Assembly (NCBI RefSeq): GCF_009914755.1
Contig: NC_060935.1
Source: the human T2T-CHM13v2.0 reference genome, Homo sapiens
Length of the DNA: 64,000 nt
Strand: one strand, 5' to 3'
Positions 23,511-37,199 of this stretch are shown one piece after another. Made by a program: the position numbers and the translations under genes. The notes beneath the pieces were generated by a model. That model ran no database searches. It was given only the letters and a program-made list of their open reading frames with translations, and had not been told where the DNA came from. Position 1 is the stretch's first letter. The number at the start of each line of letters is the position of its first letter.

Positions 23511-25788
23511 ATTTTGTGTGTTTGTGTAAATTGTGTGTTCATTGTGTAAAAAATTAACTCAATTGTGGATGATTAGCATCTTAAGAATGTTGAGTCTTCC
23601 AATCTTGAACAAGTATATTCTCCATTTATTTTTGTCTTGTTTAATTTCTTTTGCTGGAGGGCATCTGGGAGAATAGGCAAACCTGGTAAATGAAGGTACA
23701 GCAGGGATTGGGGTTTGAAGGGGCAATGTGACTTGTGCATTACTCTCTCCAAGGCCAGGAGACAAGGCAAGAACTAGAAAGATCAGAAGTACAAGGCATG
23801 AGTGACAAAGAAGGTTAGTCATCCTGGCATCATGCAGCTTTAAGATTGTCCAGTCAACTGTTAGTGGCTCCTCCTAGCAGACTTCCTGCTTTTGCTTCTG
23901 GGTCTCTGGAGTGTGTCTGCACTGTCTTGCCCCTTTGACCAGAAACCCTTGCTTCCTCCACACTCCCTAAAATCCTCAAAGGATAAACCTCCAGCACTGG
24001 AATCTCCCTCCCCAGACAAAAGCTCTGCACAGATGTACTCATGTCTCCATCGGAGACCCCCAGACTTAGAGCCCTCTGAAAACTGGATGGTCAAGATAAT
24101 AAGTTATTGGGACTTTTGTATGCCAGATGTGACAGTCTGCCAGGTACTTTATTTACGTCTTATGGGAGTCTCACCACTGGGAGGGAAATGTTTTCCAATT
24201 TGACAGAAAACAGAGGGGAGGTATTTGTTCTGAATGCATTTGAAGCCTGGCCCCTCAGTCAGCAAACTTTATTGACCAGCTCCCACTTTAGGGACTGGGC
24301 ATGTGAAAGAGGGGCAGAGTCCCAGCTCTTGTGGACCTTACGTTTTAAACAGGGAAATAGATTATCCAGGAAACACACAAATAGAAAAGTTTTGCTAGTG
24401 GATCAAGAACATACAAAGGTAAGAGAAAGTGGCAAGTGTGTGCCTGGGAGTGCTACTCTGGCTGGGGAATTTGAGAGGCCTCTGAGGAGGCCCTGAAGAC
24501 ATCCAATGGAAGGCCATACAGAATGGTGAGTACACAAGCCCTGAGACTGGCTAGGGCTTTTTGTCCAGGGCCTGAGTGAGCAATGTAGCTGGGATCAAGG
24601 GGAGAGGAGCTGAGCAGCAGGAGATGGGGCAGAGGGAGGGGTGGACAGGGGCCAGAACACTCCACTCTCATAGGCCTTGGAAAAGAGGGGATGGGAAGAT
24701 GCTTGAAGGGGCAGAGGAGTTGAGAGTGGAGGCTATTCCACAGGCATCCAGGCTAAAAGGGAGGGGGCCTGGAGTGGCCTGAGGCTGGGAGCTGGAGGGG
24801 TAGAGAGGAGCAGATGGAGTGGATGAGAGGTGTGAAGGAAATGAAAGATGGAGGATGTAGGGCTTAAACTGTGGAGGCCAGAGAGGGAGGAGAAATGACA
24901 AGTGGGTTTTGAAACTAAAACCCAAGCACTTTAACACTGACAGGAACTTTGCCTTTTTCTTCCTCGTCTCTCATTGGCCAGCACAGTGGTGAGTACATAG
25001 TAGATATTCAATCACTTTGATCACTTATTCAATGAACACTTCTTACAAAACTACTTGCCTGGTATGTCACAGGCACCAAGGATATACCAGTTAATACAGT
25101 GATATTCATGTTCTCTTGGAGCTGACACCATAGAGGGAGAAGGGAAAAATAAATTGTGTGTGTGTGCATGCACATATGTGTGTCTGTTTTGATATGGGCA
25201 GAAGGGAAAAGAGAATGGAGGAGGCTGTTTTGGAAGTGGTCATAGTTGGCTTCTCTGATAAGGTGATATCTGAGACCTCAAAGGAGTGAGCAGGTGAGTC
25301 TTAGATGGAAATATATTGAGGAAGAACACTGAAGACAGAGGAAGCAGCAAGTACAAAGGTTCAGAGGTGGGAGGGTGCTTGTTGACTGACCAGTAGGTCT
25401 AGTGCTTGTTGACTCACTAATCAGTACCTGTGTCCCTTCCATTAAACTTGGAACTCTCTAAGGAACATGCCTGGGTTTTCCTCATGAGGCAAGAGTGGTC
25501 AGAGGGATAGGATATGGGCCACTTTCTCTCTCTTTATGCTATTCTTCTTTTCCCAACCCTGGCCAGGCTTAGATGTAGGGGTCAGGGAAACACAAGGTTT
25601 GGTTCTGTTACAATCTGGAGAAAAGGTAGAGAAAGCTAAGGAATAGGAAGGTTCTGTGCTGTTCCAGACCCCACCACTCATACCCATGCTGTTTCTGCTT
25701 TTAACACCTGCAGGTCCCACCCTCTCATCCAATTCCACACCTCTGCCACTGTTGTGGCATCCATGACACTAAAACTTTCTGTTTCTTG

Positions 25789-26345
25789 TGTTACCAGCCA
25801 CAAGTTTTTAGTCTCCCATGCAATAGAAATTGACACAAGGCCAAGTGAGTTTCCCAGACAAGGCTTTATTAGGGGCTTATGCTTGAATACATGGGAGTCA
25901 GCAGTAGAGTCAGAGGTCTCCGGATGGCTCCCCAAAGACAGGTCTTTTTGGTGTTTTAAGAAAGTTAACATGAGAAGCATAAGGTAAGCTAATATCATTA
26001 CATGGGTTGGGAGGAGTGTAGAGTGTGCAGGCCCGGTGAGATATCATGTTAGTACTTACATCGCATGATCAAAAAATGGTAGACAAATCCCTCCCTGGGT
26101 GGGGATTTCCATATGATAATGAGGCAAAGGGTAAAGATTGGTCATTGTTCTGGTCCTGTGTGCATGGAGGTGATAGGACTAACTCCCTTGAATGAGAATT
26201 ATGATAGAATGCTTCTTATCTTAGTTTCTTTATGGTATTCCAGCCAGTGAGGATGGCACCAGTGGAAGTTCAAGGTCTGGTAGTCAGTGGGTGGAGAAAA
26301 ATGCATTATGGGGGTGGAGGCAAGTCCTGTCCCTACTCTGTCTCA
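25789..26345 (-). mobile_element. ERV1 solo LTR (MER66-like)
   Basis: TG...CA ends (tgttacc...ccctactctgtctca); tttatt poly(A) signal on the minus strand; near-TSD cttg/ctag. Confidence 0.65.
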
Positions 26346-27039
26346 CTAGGATATGTACCTTCTGGTGCATTATTTGCCTTTCTGGCTATTTTGCTAGGGA
26401 TTGAGAGTAATCTCACTGTGGGAGTGCAGTGGATGTGGTCAATTCCAGCTGCGCCCCAAGGCTTCAAGACAGAGGCAGTATGTAGGAGACTCCAAAATCT
26501 TAGAATCTCAGCTCAGATTACACCTAGGCTCTGGCTCCTGTCCTGGCCCTTAGTCATTTCCCCTTTATTATTCCTCAGTCATTTCTGTTTCTCTAGCTAT
26601 CTTGCTGACAGAACATGTTGCTCTAAATTCTGCTGATTCAAAATTCTTCTATTCTTACCAACAAAGCATAACAATATCTCCAAATATGCCTGCCAGTCAC
26701 ACATAAACTCTTAGAAGGCATACAGTAAGTGCAGATTACCCAATTCAGTAATTTATTCTGATTTTAATTCTAGACAGTCTCCTCCTGGTGAGGTGAAATG
26801 CTGTGTCCCAGAAAGTCCATCCCACAGAGTTTTCTAAGGCTCAGTGAAGGGACCTTCAACAGAGCCGGGTCCTCCTTTCCCATGTGAGCCCCTCTTCTGG
26901 ATCCCAGAGCTATAGATGGAAGAGTGAGTGGATTCTAGAATGACTGAGGGGAAGGTAGTTGGGGGCCATCAAGGGAAGGTCTCAGAGTAGAGAGGAGCTA
27001 AGGTAGCTGGGCCTGGCCAGCTGCTCTTTGCCTTAACTC

Positions 27040-27200
27040 AGGAATTCTCAAAGCCTGGCCCCTGGGCCAGCAAGATCAACACAATCTGAAGACTCACCTC
27101 AGATATATTAAGTCATATCCTGTGGGTTAGGGCTCAGCAATCTGTGTTTCAAGAAACCCCCAGGTGATTCTGATGCAGAATGATGGCAAGAACTCAGACA
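27040..27200. mobile_element. MER5A
   Basis: ttctcaaag...gcaatctgtgtttcaagaaacccccaggtgattctgatgca; weaker MER5-like copies at ~12885-13010 and ~18390-18490. Confidence 0.7.
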
Positions 27201-28203
27201 CCGATTGGGACTGCCAGGCAGGTGGAATCCTTGCTCTCCAATAGATACTGAATGTGAGAGGCCATGAGCAAAGCCCTGCTGGAACTGGGCATCTGTTTCT
27301 CCATTTGTCAAGTCCCAGGATTTTTACCAGGTCTCTGAAGCAGTGATAGAATCAGGTGAACATCTCAGTGGGAGATGCACACACAATTGTAACCGTCCCT
27401 CTTTCTCACTCTAGAGGGAAACGAAACTTGTTAAGTTGCTTTGAATGTCTTTAGGTAAAGTCACAGGTGGGCTGCCTGCCTCTCTGAATGAGCCAGATAA
27501 TTTGATTTACCCTATTTAGTTACAGATCTTGCTATACCTTTAGCAGAAAACCCACCACCACTACCACATACTTTCCCACAACCTTGGAAAGGAAGAGACA
27601 TGTTTTAGTTGGAATTTGCTGTCCCTAGACTCTCCTTCCTCTTCCAGTCTTTTTTGGAATGGGGACTTTTCTGTACTGCCTCCTGTACTGCCACTTTCAC
27701 TCTTTTGGCATGGTGACTTTTCTGTAGTGCCTCCTTAAGATCTCAGGTCCCATCAAACTGTAGAAAGAAGAATTACATTTGTTTGACATGTTTGCTTCTC
27801 TGATAGCTTCTGAGGAGATTAGGAGGAGGGCAGATTTTTACATCCTCCTTTAGGGCTGAAAGTACGATTACCCCATATGGTTCTACTGCCTTCACACTTA
27901 CCAAGTCTCCCCATAAGAGCCTGGCCTTTTACATATATTATCTCACTTACCAAGCACAGCTCAGAGATGTTAAACAAGTAGCCCAAGGTCACACAGTGGG
28001 TGGTAATAGTAGCAGAGCCTGGATGTGTGCTTCCACCCTCTGGACCCTGCTACCTCCCACAGAGGCTTCACAGTGCAATCTGGGACTGGCACTGAATCCT
28101 CAGTCCACCTCAGACCCTGTCCTGGCCCTCAAGGAATCTGCTCCCCAGTCAAAGCCTTCCTCTGAGGTTTGGAAGTGAGGGAGTGACTCCCCAGTCCTCC
28201 TCC

Positions 28204-28701
28204 TGTTACCAGTGGATGGTCTTGACTACAAGTTGTCCTTGTTCTTGGCATTTTAAAGAAAGAATTGGTAAAAAGGTACAAACAAAGCAACAAAAGAATG
28301 AAGCAATGTAAGCATAGATTTATTGATGTGAAAGTACACTCCACAGAGTGGGAGCAGGCTTGAGAAAGGGGCTCGAGAGCACTGGTTGCAGAATTTTCTG
28401 GGTTTTAAATATCCTCTAGAGGTTTCTCATTGGTTAGTTTGTTTACATCCTACATAAATCATATAGTGGCCCACAAGCAGTTTGATTGGTTGTTGAAGGG
28501 GACCATCCAGAAGTACTTTCCGTTTTTCATCTGCAATGCAGTGGAAAGTGGGAATTGGTGGCATGATTTGCAAAAGGAGTAGCCTCTGATCCTTTTGTTA
28601 CTTGATTGTGGAGAGGTGGGATTTTCCTTTTGATTCAGTTCTAGGAAGTGAGTGTGAATCATCCTTAGGTTCCCAGCCAACAGATCCTGTCTTCTACATC
28701 A
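28204..28701 (-). mobile_element. MER51 solo LTR
   Basis: tgttacc...ccttaggttccc...catca; TSD ctcc at 28200-28203 and 28702-28705. Confidence 0.85.
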
Positions 28702-28785
28702 CTCCTTCAGACCTGGGGCATCTCTCTCCTTGCCAGCCTGCTCCTCCCCTTGACTCCCCTGGGGCTCTGCAAGGCTGTCTTTGAT

Positions 28786-29494
28786 TGCTGTGGGAATGAA
28801 GGAGGACCAGAGAGACCACAGAGTTAAACAGGAGGATTTTTACTGAGTGCACTCAGACCCAGCAGATTAACAGCCAAACACTGGTCCCAGAACAAAGACA
28901 GCACTTGACTTTTATACACGCTTCTAAGGTGGGCTAGCTTGAAATAAGTTTACGGTGGCAAAAACGTAGTGGCATGCAAGCAAGGATACAGAGGCAGAAG
29001 AAAGGCAGTTAATCAAGTTGTGACAGGTGTATAACTCAGGATTACATGTGACTCTTGCTATACAGCCTAGATGGCTGTTATCCAGGCTTGCTCTAGTGCT
29101 TTGCATGGGCTTATCTCATAACTTTTGCTATGGTGCCTAGATGGCTGCAGTCCAGGCCTGCCTGCTCAGGCATCTCATGACCTTCACTTGCTGCATAGAT
29201 AAAAACAGGATACTTGAAGTTACTAGTTACAGAAAACAGAAATCTATAAACTCATAAGTTTACTCATATCATGGGGGAAAGGAAAATTTGTTTTCTTCTC
29301 CCTTTGTGGAGGGAATGCTGGAAGTCTCCAGAGCACATTCCTTTCAGTCCTGGCTTCTTAGATAATGTTATCAAGACTTCACCTGGGTCCAGGTTTTGCC
29401 TGTTACTGCCTTTGGGATGATTCAGCCTAATATAGAAAGCATGTTTTGCTCTTTTAAATTTTATTTTTCTTTCTTTCTTTAATTTCCTGCCTCA
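28786..29494 (-). mobile_element. 3' LTR of an ERV3/HERV-E-supergroup provirus
   Basis: Minus strand begins TGAGGCAGGAAATTAAAG directly after the polypurine tract aaagggggaaa at 29495-29506. Confidence 0.85.
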
Positions 29495-32400
29495 TTTCCC
29501 CCCTTTGATGCTTCCTATAAATGGAATTTAATAGAAAGCTTCACTACAATTTTTTTCTTCACTGACAAGGCAGATCTACTCTCTTTGGCAAATGCTGATA
29601 CTTAGTTAGAGCCATTAGTTGAGTGGTGGTTGTTTTGTCTACTAGGACTTCTATGGTTGATTGGATGCTCCTGGTAAGAAGGAGCAAGAGGCAAGGGAGT
29701 CTTAAGCAACCTCCTAATATAGCCAGCACCACTTCTATTAATATTTTAAATCCACCAAAGAATGAAAACCAACCTCCTAAGAGGGAATCTGCAGACCATC
29801 CTGGTTTCCAGGTTTGGACTGTAACATGAGCTAATTTTCACATCTTGGCAGTCATTTCTATAATGGCTTTCCCATTGTCATTGATTTCTAGGCAGCAATT
29901 TGTTAGGTTGTCTGGTTGTGCATGCAGGTTCCTAGGTGGGTTCCTGCACTCATAGTAAGTATGGTATAGTAAAGTCTTAACTACTGTGTTTCCTTTCCAT
30001 GTAGTATGCATGCAGGGAGGGCATCCTTCTATGAGCTCTTCTCCTTATAGCATAGATATGGTTGCCATCAAAGGTAAAGCAAAGATTAGCATTCTTACAC
30101 CCAGAATGGGCAGAAGAGGTGTTTTCCCAGGGGAGGGGGTTGGCCAAAGCAACAGAATAATGGAAGTATAATTAATAATATAAGGAAAGTTATTGGGCCT
30201 AAAATTTCTGGCCACATTTACTCATTTGATGGTGACTCTGCAAGCTTCGGCTGTGCATAGACTAGTCAGCTTCCAGAGTGACTAGAGCAGGGCTTGCTGT
30301 TTTATCAAGGTTTTGCCATGTGTGGAATGGTTAGCTTCTGGAGTGACCAGAGCAAGGCTGTTGTGGTCCTCAGTGACATCTCGGTCTCATGGCATTATCA
30401 GCTGGTTCAGATGGTCTGGGTACTCCTGGCTGGTCCACTTGTCCTGGGCTGCTAGTTTCAGCTAACTGTAGTGGATCCAAGCACGGTTCCTGTAACTTGA
30501 ACAGCAGTTGGAGTGGACAAGATTACAGGATGGGGCCCATCCCATATGGGTCCTAATGTGGTTGGATTACATTTCTTAACCCAAACAGAATCACCAGGTT
30601 TGAAACGGTATACAGTGTCTGTCAGACTTATAGGCATTCTTTCCTGCACCCAGCCATGTACTTTTGGCATGGCCATACCTAAAGCCTGCATTTGCCTCCT
30701 TAAAATTAGTTCTCCTAGCTCACAGAGATCACCTTTAATCTGACATATAATTCAGGTGGCCGGCTGAATAAGTTCTCCTAGGGTGAATACCCAGTTTGTT
30801 TGGCGTGGGCACACCTGACTTGGAGGAGGACCATGGGCAAGACCTGATCCCACCTCAGATGAGTTTCCTAACAAAATTTCTTCAGCAGCTGCTTGAGTGT
30901 CCAGTTCATGTGCTCCACTTTTCTTGAGCTCTGTGGCCGGTAGGCTGTGTGTAACTTCCATTTTATTTTTAATAGCCAAGTTCAGTAATGAACTATTTCA
31001 GCCACCAATGCTGGTTCATTGTCTGACCCCAGAGTCAGGGGTAGTCCAAATCTGGGAATAATGTCTTTTAACAACACCTTGGTTACCTCTCGTTTCTTCT
31101 CTGTCTGGGTGGGGAAAGCCTCAAACAACCCCGAAAAGGTACAAATAAACACCAACATGTACCAATAGCCTCCTGCCTGAAGCAGCTCATTAAAATCCAG
31201 AAGCAAATTTTCACAGGATGTGGCTTAAATTTCTTGAATTCCCGGGGTTCGGGTAGGCCCCTGCTGAGGGTTGTTCTCGGCACAAGTTAGACATTGTTCA
31301 CAAATGGCTCAGGTAATGGCAGTGAGCCATGGCACATAGAAATGTCATCCTAGCAATGTTTCTTGTGCCATTTTTCCCATATGAGTTCCTCGGTGGAACT
31401 GTTTCACAAACCTGGGGGCCACCATTTCAGGTATGGCTAGCTTCCCATCAAAGGTTTTCCACCATTCTCCCTCAATGTATTTCCCAGTTTTTTGGGCAAA
31501 CCAGGCCCTTTCATTTGAAATGTAGCTTGGGGTCTCCGGGAGGAGGATCTCCCAGAGGGGAGGCATAGCTAAGGCTTTCTCTCTAGAAGGCAGAGCTGCC
31601 ATTGCTGCCTGTTTTGCCTCTTTGTCTGCCTTCCTGTTCCTTTAGCTTCTAGTGTTCCTGATTTTTGGTGCCCTTTGTAGTGCAATACTGCCACCTGTTT
31701 CCGGGCCCATACAGTGTCTAAGAGCTGTAGAATTTCTTCCTTGTATTTTAGTTTATTTCCTCCTGCAACTGCAGGAGGAAAGAAAGAGTTCTCTTTCTTT
31801 GTAAATAGTCCCATGAACATGGAAAGTGGCAAAAGCATATTTGGAGTGTGGTTAAAAATTTGCTTTTAGGTATTTTGCTAGTCAGAGAACTCTTGTCAGA
31901 GCTGTCAGCTCTGCCTTCTGAGCAGAAGTTCCAGTAGGCAAAAACTGCACCTCTACTACTGAGTCCAAAGTCACCACTGCATGCCCCTCTTGGCGTACTC
32001 CCTCTAGTATGAAACTGCTCAAATCAGTAAAATACTCAATGTCCGGGTCTCCGAGGGGCTGATCTGTCAAATCTCTCTGGCTTGAGAACACTTAATCTAC
32101 CATATCCACACAGGACTAAAGGGGGCTTCCTGGCACTGACAAGATGGAGAGAAAGGTAGCCAGGTTTAGGGTGTTCACAGTCTCTAAAGCTATGCTGGGA
32201 TTCTCACATAGAAGCCCTTGGTATCGAGTCATTTTTGGATGTGATAACCTAAGGTGTCCCCTTTGGTCCATCAAAGTTATAACTGAGTGCGGTACCCGGA
32301 TTTTCAGTTGCTGCCATAAAGTCAGTTTATTATCTTCTTGCACCAGTAGGGCAGTGGCAGTTAGCACATTGAAACAAGTAGGCCATCCAAGCACCACAGA

Positions 32401-34642
32401 TTCTAGTTGCCTGGACAAGTATGCCACCAGGCGATGCCAAGATCCTATGACTTGAGTCAGGACTCCTATGGCCATTTCTTTTCACTCATGGACATACAAA
32501 AAGAAAGGCTTAGTTAGGTCTGGCAGTCCCAAGTTTGGGGTCTGAATTAACGCTTCTTTGATTGTTTTTAAGGCCTTCTCCTAATTGGCCTCCCAGAGGA
32601 GGGGCTCCATTTCTCCCCACTTTGTGGCTTCATATAATGGCTTAGGCATGAGCAAGAAATTTGGGATCCAGATGCAGCAGAACCCTGCTGCTCCTAGGAA
32701 CTGTCTTATTTGATGCCAGATAGTTGGAGTGGGAAGCGCACAAACAGCTGAGACTCCAGTGGCACCTACAATAGTTTCACAGTTCTTGGATAGTGGCCTT
32801 ATAGGTCAGGTCACTACCAAGTGTTCAGTCCTGGTGTCTACCATAAGGTCCATCAGCTGGCCTTCAACTAGTAATATGACCATACGTTCCTAGGGGCCCA
32901 AAGAGAAGGAGCCCGGTCTGTCTGAGACCTCATATTCTTCAGCCCCTGCCATCCTGATCAGGTCAGTGTCTGGTTCCTCACAGGGTATGGTAGCCCTTGG
33001 CCAGTGGTTTTTTCATACCGTGGCCTTAACCATTCTCCACGTTATTATTCTCTGGACATTCATCCTTCCAGTGTCTTTTCCTTTTGCATCACGCACATTG
33101 ATTTCTCTTTAGCCTTGGCCGGCTCTCGAATCCCTTTCCAGACCAGCCTCTTCCATGACCGCATCCATGACCCCTTGCAAAGCCAGCTTCTCTTCCTGTG
33201 AGGTCTGCCGCTGGCTAATCAGCCTTTTTCCCAAGCCTCCGTTCAGCCTCCTTCTTTGCCTTCTGATCTCAGTTAATGTACACCTTGATAGCCACTTCAA
33301 TAAGCTGAGTAGCATTCATGCCTGCAAAGCCTTCTAACTTCAGCAATTTCCACTTGATATCTCCCTGGTCTGCCCTACGAATGCCATATTCACCACGCGC
33401 TGATTTTCAGCAGCCTCAGGGTTAAATGGAGTGTATAACTGGAATGCCTCACAGAGTCATAAAACTGTATGGGCCTCTCATCTGCACATAGTAGCAGCTC
33501 TGAGATTTTCCCCACATTGATTGCCTTTTTCCTGTCATCTCTTAACCCTTGCAGGATTGTCTCTTGTTAGCTCTGTGGGTGCTGAAACTGGGTTGCATCA
33601 TTTGGATCCCAGTGGTGATCCTCTTCAAGAAATTGGCCCTGTGTATATGCCTGGGCATCAACTGTGCCTGCAGGTGCATTGGCTTCTGGCCAATGGAGGG
33701 CTGCCTGGGTTACTCTCTGGCGCTCCTCAGTGTTAAATAGCATCAGGTTGAGCTGTTTCAGTCTGGCCCAGTTGGATGGTGCGTTAGGAAGATAAACTGC
33801 ATTACATCTATAAGGGCCTAGGGCTTCTCTGTGTCAGAGGGAGTATGATGCTACCAGTTTAGGAGACCAGTGGTTCAAAAAAACTGGTAAATGAAGGTTT
33901 GTTCTCCTCCCTGGACGTGGCCATGCTCATTATAATAGGTGGGTCCTCTTCTTTCCCTGAGAGGCATTTGCATAACTCAGGTGCAGCCAGACCAGAGATG
34001 GCCTGCCTGATGTTCTGGGCCTTCTCCTTTAACTTCCTGAAGCTCCAATTCCTCCCTCTCCGGTGAGACTGGGGACATGTATCCATTTGAGCTTGACTCC
34101 TCAGGGGAAGTTAGCCTTGGTAAAGGGTGGTAGATTGGAACACGTGAGGTGACTGCAAAACTGGCTTTTCTTGCCTTTCCTGTGACTTTGCCTTTGTCTC
34201 TTTACCTTCCTATGCCGTTGATTTTTCTTTCACTTTGGGTTTGGCTTGAGCTACAAGCATTTTACAGTATGCTGCCAGACAGGTTTGCAGCCATGCTGGT
34301 TGAATTTGAATTCTATTTAGCCATAAATCGATATAGGAGAATTTGTCTGGATGCCCTGACTGTCCTCCAACCGTGGTCATCACCTTAAATACATGGCCAA
34401 TTGTTTCCCTATCTATAGTGCCTTCAGCCAGCCAGCCAACACTAAAAGAGAGTCATACTATTTCACAGAGAGTTCTTAACATCTGAGGGGTTACCTTGAC
34501 TCCATAATTCCTCACATAGCCTTTCTTAAAATTTTTTAACGTGCATTCTAATGGGGTGGGTCTCAATAATTTTCTTCCTATTTCCTCCCAGTTATGGCAC
34601 AGCACACTTGCTCAGACTTTTGCTTCAGACCGAATCCCTTCT
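29495..34642 (-). mobile_element. Defective gamma-like ERV internal region (gag-pro-pol-env), ERV3/HERV-E/HERV15 group; 5' LTR and PBS absent
   Basis: Gag MA (PTPLECTLKNFKKG ~34540), Zn knuckle CA*CKRKRHWKDEC ~33055-33100, protease DTRTEH ~32830, RNase H (YFTDLSS, SAQKAEL), integrase ([28 protein letters not shown]), env ([20 protein letters not shown]); many stops and frameshifts. Confidence 0.93.
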
Positions 34643-35254
34643 GAACTTGGGCATCCATTTCTCCATTTGTCAATCCCCAGGATTTTTACCAGGTCTCTGA
34701 GGCAGTGATAGAATCAGGTGAACATCTCAATGTGAGATGCACGTAGAATTGTAAACTTCCTTCCTTCTTTCTCACTCTAGAGGGAAAACAAACTACGTGC
34801 AATTGCTTTGAATGACTTTGGGTAAAGTCACAGGGGAGCTGCCTGCTTTTCTGAATGAGCCAGATAGTCTGGGGTTTAAACGCCCTCTAGAGGTTTCTCA
34901 TTGGTTACTTTGTTTACACCTTACGGAAATGAAGTAGTGGCCCGCAACCAGTTTGAATGGTTGCGGGAGGGGACCAAACAGAGGTACTTTCCCTTTTTCA
35001 TCTGCAATGCAGTGGAAAGCGGGAATTGGTGGCATGATTTGCAAAGGGAGTAACCTCTGATCCTTTTGTTACTTGATTGTGGAGAGGTGGGATTTTCCTT
35101 TTGATTGAGTTCTAGGAAGTGAGTGTGAATCATCCTTAGGTTCCCTGCCTCCAGATCCTGTTCTGCCTCACTCCTTCAGATCTGGGGCATCCCTCTCCTT
35201 GCCAGCCTGCCCCTCCCCTTGGCTCCCAGGAGGCTCCTCAAGGCTGTCTTTGAT
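34643..35254. repeat. Diverged direct copy of 27284-27500 joined to a copy of 28400-28785 (includes part of the MER51 LTR and its flank)
   Basis: Colinear by eye, e.g. ggatttttaccaggtctctga.gcagtgatagaatcaggtgaacatctca and caaggctgtctttgat occur in both copies. Confidence 0.92.
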
Positions 35255-37199
35255 GACTCAGGAGAACCTGAAGTGGGGAAGGCAGCCAGGTCTTGTTTAA
35301 ATTCTTACAATATATTTTAAGACAAAAGTCTGGCATATCTTGTCAGAGTTTTCTACATAGATTACCTGTCACCTGTGAATTAAGATAATTGTACTAATTT
35401 CTTTCTTATCCAGAAGCCCTTTTATTTCTTTCTCTTTTTTTAATTTCACTGGCCAAAACATCCAGTGAGGTATTGCTTCTCACAAGATGGCATTAGCTGT
35501 GGGGTCTGTCCACAGACCCTGACCCAAACGACCTATGAATAACTCGTACGCTGAGACACTGATACTCTGTTTTGCCAGTCCTGCTGAGTGTCCGACCGCC
35601 TGCACACCAAGAGAGGTTTGTCACTGTGGCTGGCCCTGAGCAGCTTGCACTCCAGGCATTTATTTTGTATAGAATTAACAACAGAAGCTTTGAATAAACA
35701 CACTTATGGATAATTAACATGGTTGATTGTAGTTCTACTAACGATTAAAACTCAGGTACCATGGTTTAAAGTAAATTCCATTAGGGGGCAATATCTTTGG
35801 TCAATCTCACCCTGAGAGGGCCATCTGGCTCAAAGATTAGTTAGTGGAGGTAGGGTAATCAGACTTAACCGGGGAAGCCTCTATTGTCCCTAGTATTTAC
35901 CCTATGACCTAATGCTCTAAGGTAAGAACCAGCTGCCTTCAGCCTGTTTAATTATTACAAGCTATGTAACATTTTGGCCTTCCAAAAAGGTTTGTAAACT
36001 ATTCCCTGTTGCTTTCCCTAATGTTTCCCTTTAATATTTCTGGCACCATTCTGAGTGAATCCCAACATTTCCCCGTTTTTGTTTTCGGTATCATGTCTTT
36101 TTGATTTCAGATTGCAGATATGTACAGCCATAGGATTGTCAGGTGAGGTGGTCACTGCTCTTATTCCGGCTTTGCATCCTAGAATTAGCAAATAATACAA
36201 GACAATTATGAGTACAATTAGCAACATTTGTTTCCAGTCTAAGAGTGACCGGTAGTGTTACCTGGCATCTTAGTTTGGTGAGTACTGTTGCTAAGGAACC
36301 CCACTGAGGGTATGTTAACTCCTTCCAGCCAAGCAGTTATGTCATTAGAAGCTGGAAAGGGAGTATTTGTTTAAGTAAAAGGGCTGACAAAAGGCAGATT
36401 CAGAAGATGAGCTTAATAGAGTGTAGCAGGTATAGGTAATAGGCAAAGTGAGAGAATTAAAAATGAGTAAATTATTTGGCTTAGCCTTCTGCTTCCTTAG
36501 CATAATGTGTGAGGCCTGTGCTGTTCCTGGAAGCCACATTGTTGAGGCTGTGGGTCCTTAGGGTTTTTCCTAGGCTGGCTTGAGTTTTTTTTCTTTCCAT
36601 CCTTGGATGAGGATACAGTCTCCAGGCTGGTGCTGGTGTACTGGAAATTCTAGGGGTGGTACCTGTGCTAAGAGATCTTTATAATCTTTAAAGAGCAGGA
36701 TAGTACTTCAAGAAAAACTTGTGCTTCATTTTAATGTCTAGTTTACAGAAAAAAACTGGATACTTTTTTAAATTTAGCCAATATGTTTACATATAGAATT
36801 TTTTACAATTAACATTTTACAACTTGCTTAGACTTTCAAAACAAAAATTATACATTTCCTGCATGAATCCCTTTTATAACATTCTTCACGACTTTCACAG
36901 ACAATTTTTGACATGCCTTAACTTTTTAACTCTGTTTTGTAATCTTCCTTACTAAGGGTGCATTCTTATATTAATAACTTTTTAAATATTTCCTTTTCCT
37001 TCTTCCCACTTTCTTTCCTTAGTCTTTCTTTTTGTGTCTCTTTCTGATCTGTTTCTTCTAGTTTCTTTTTAAATCATTCTTTCCCTTTATTTCTCTTTCT
37101 AGGGGTGGACATATGCACACATTCTTTCTCATGTTAATAATTTATTTGGACCACACCATTTATTACTGTTCACATTTTTCCATAAAACTGCTGGTTTTA

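Noticed and set aside
30752-30979. Apparent inversion or separate ORF inside integrase
   Set aside because: Another minus-strand frame reads as continuous integrase ([12 protein letters not shown]...WDQVLP).
29495-34642. Domesticated ERV gene (syncytin or ERV3-1-like)
   Set aside because: All genes are broken by stops, frameshifts and large deletions; the longest fragment is about 119 aa.
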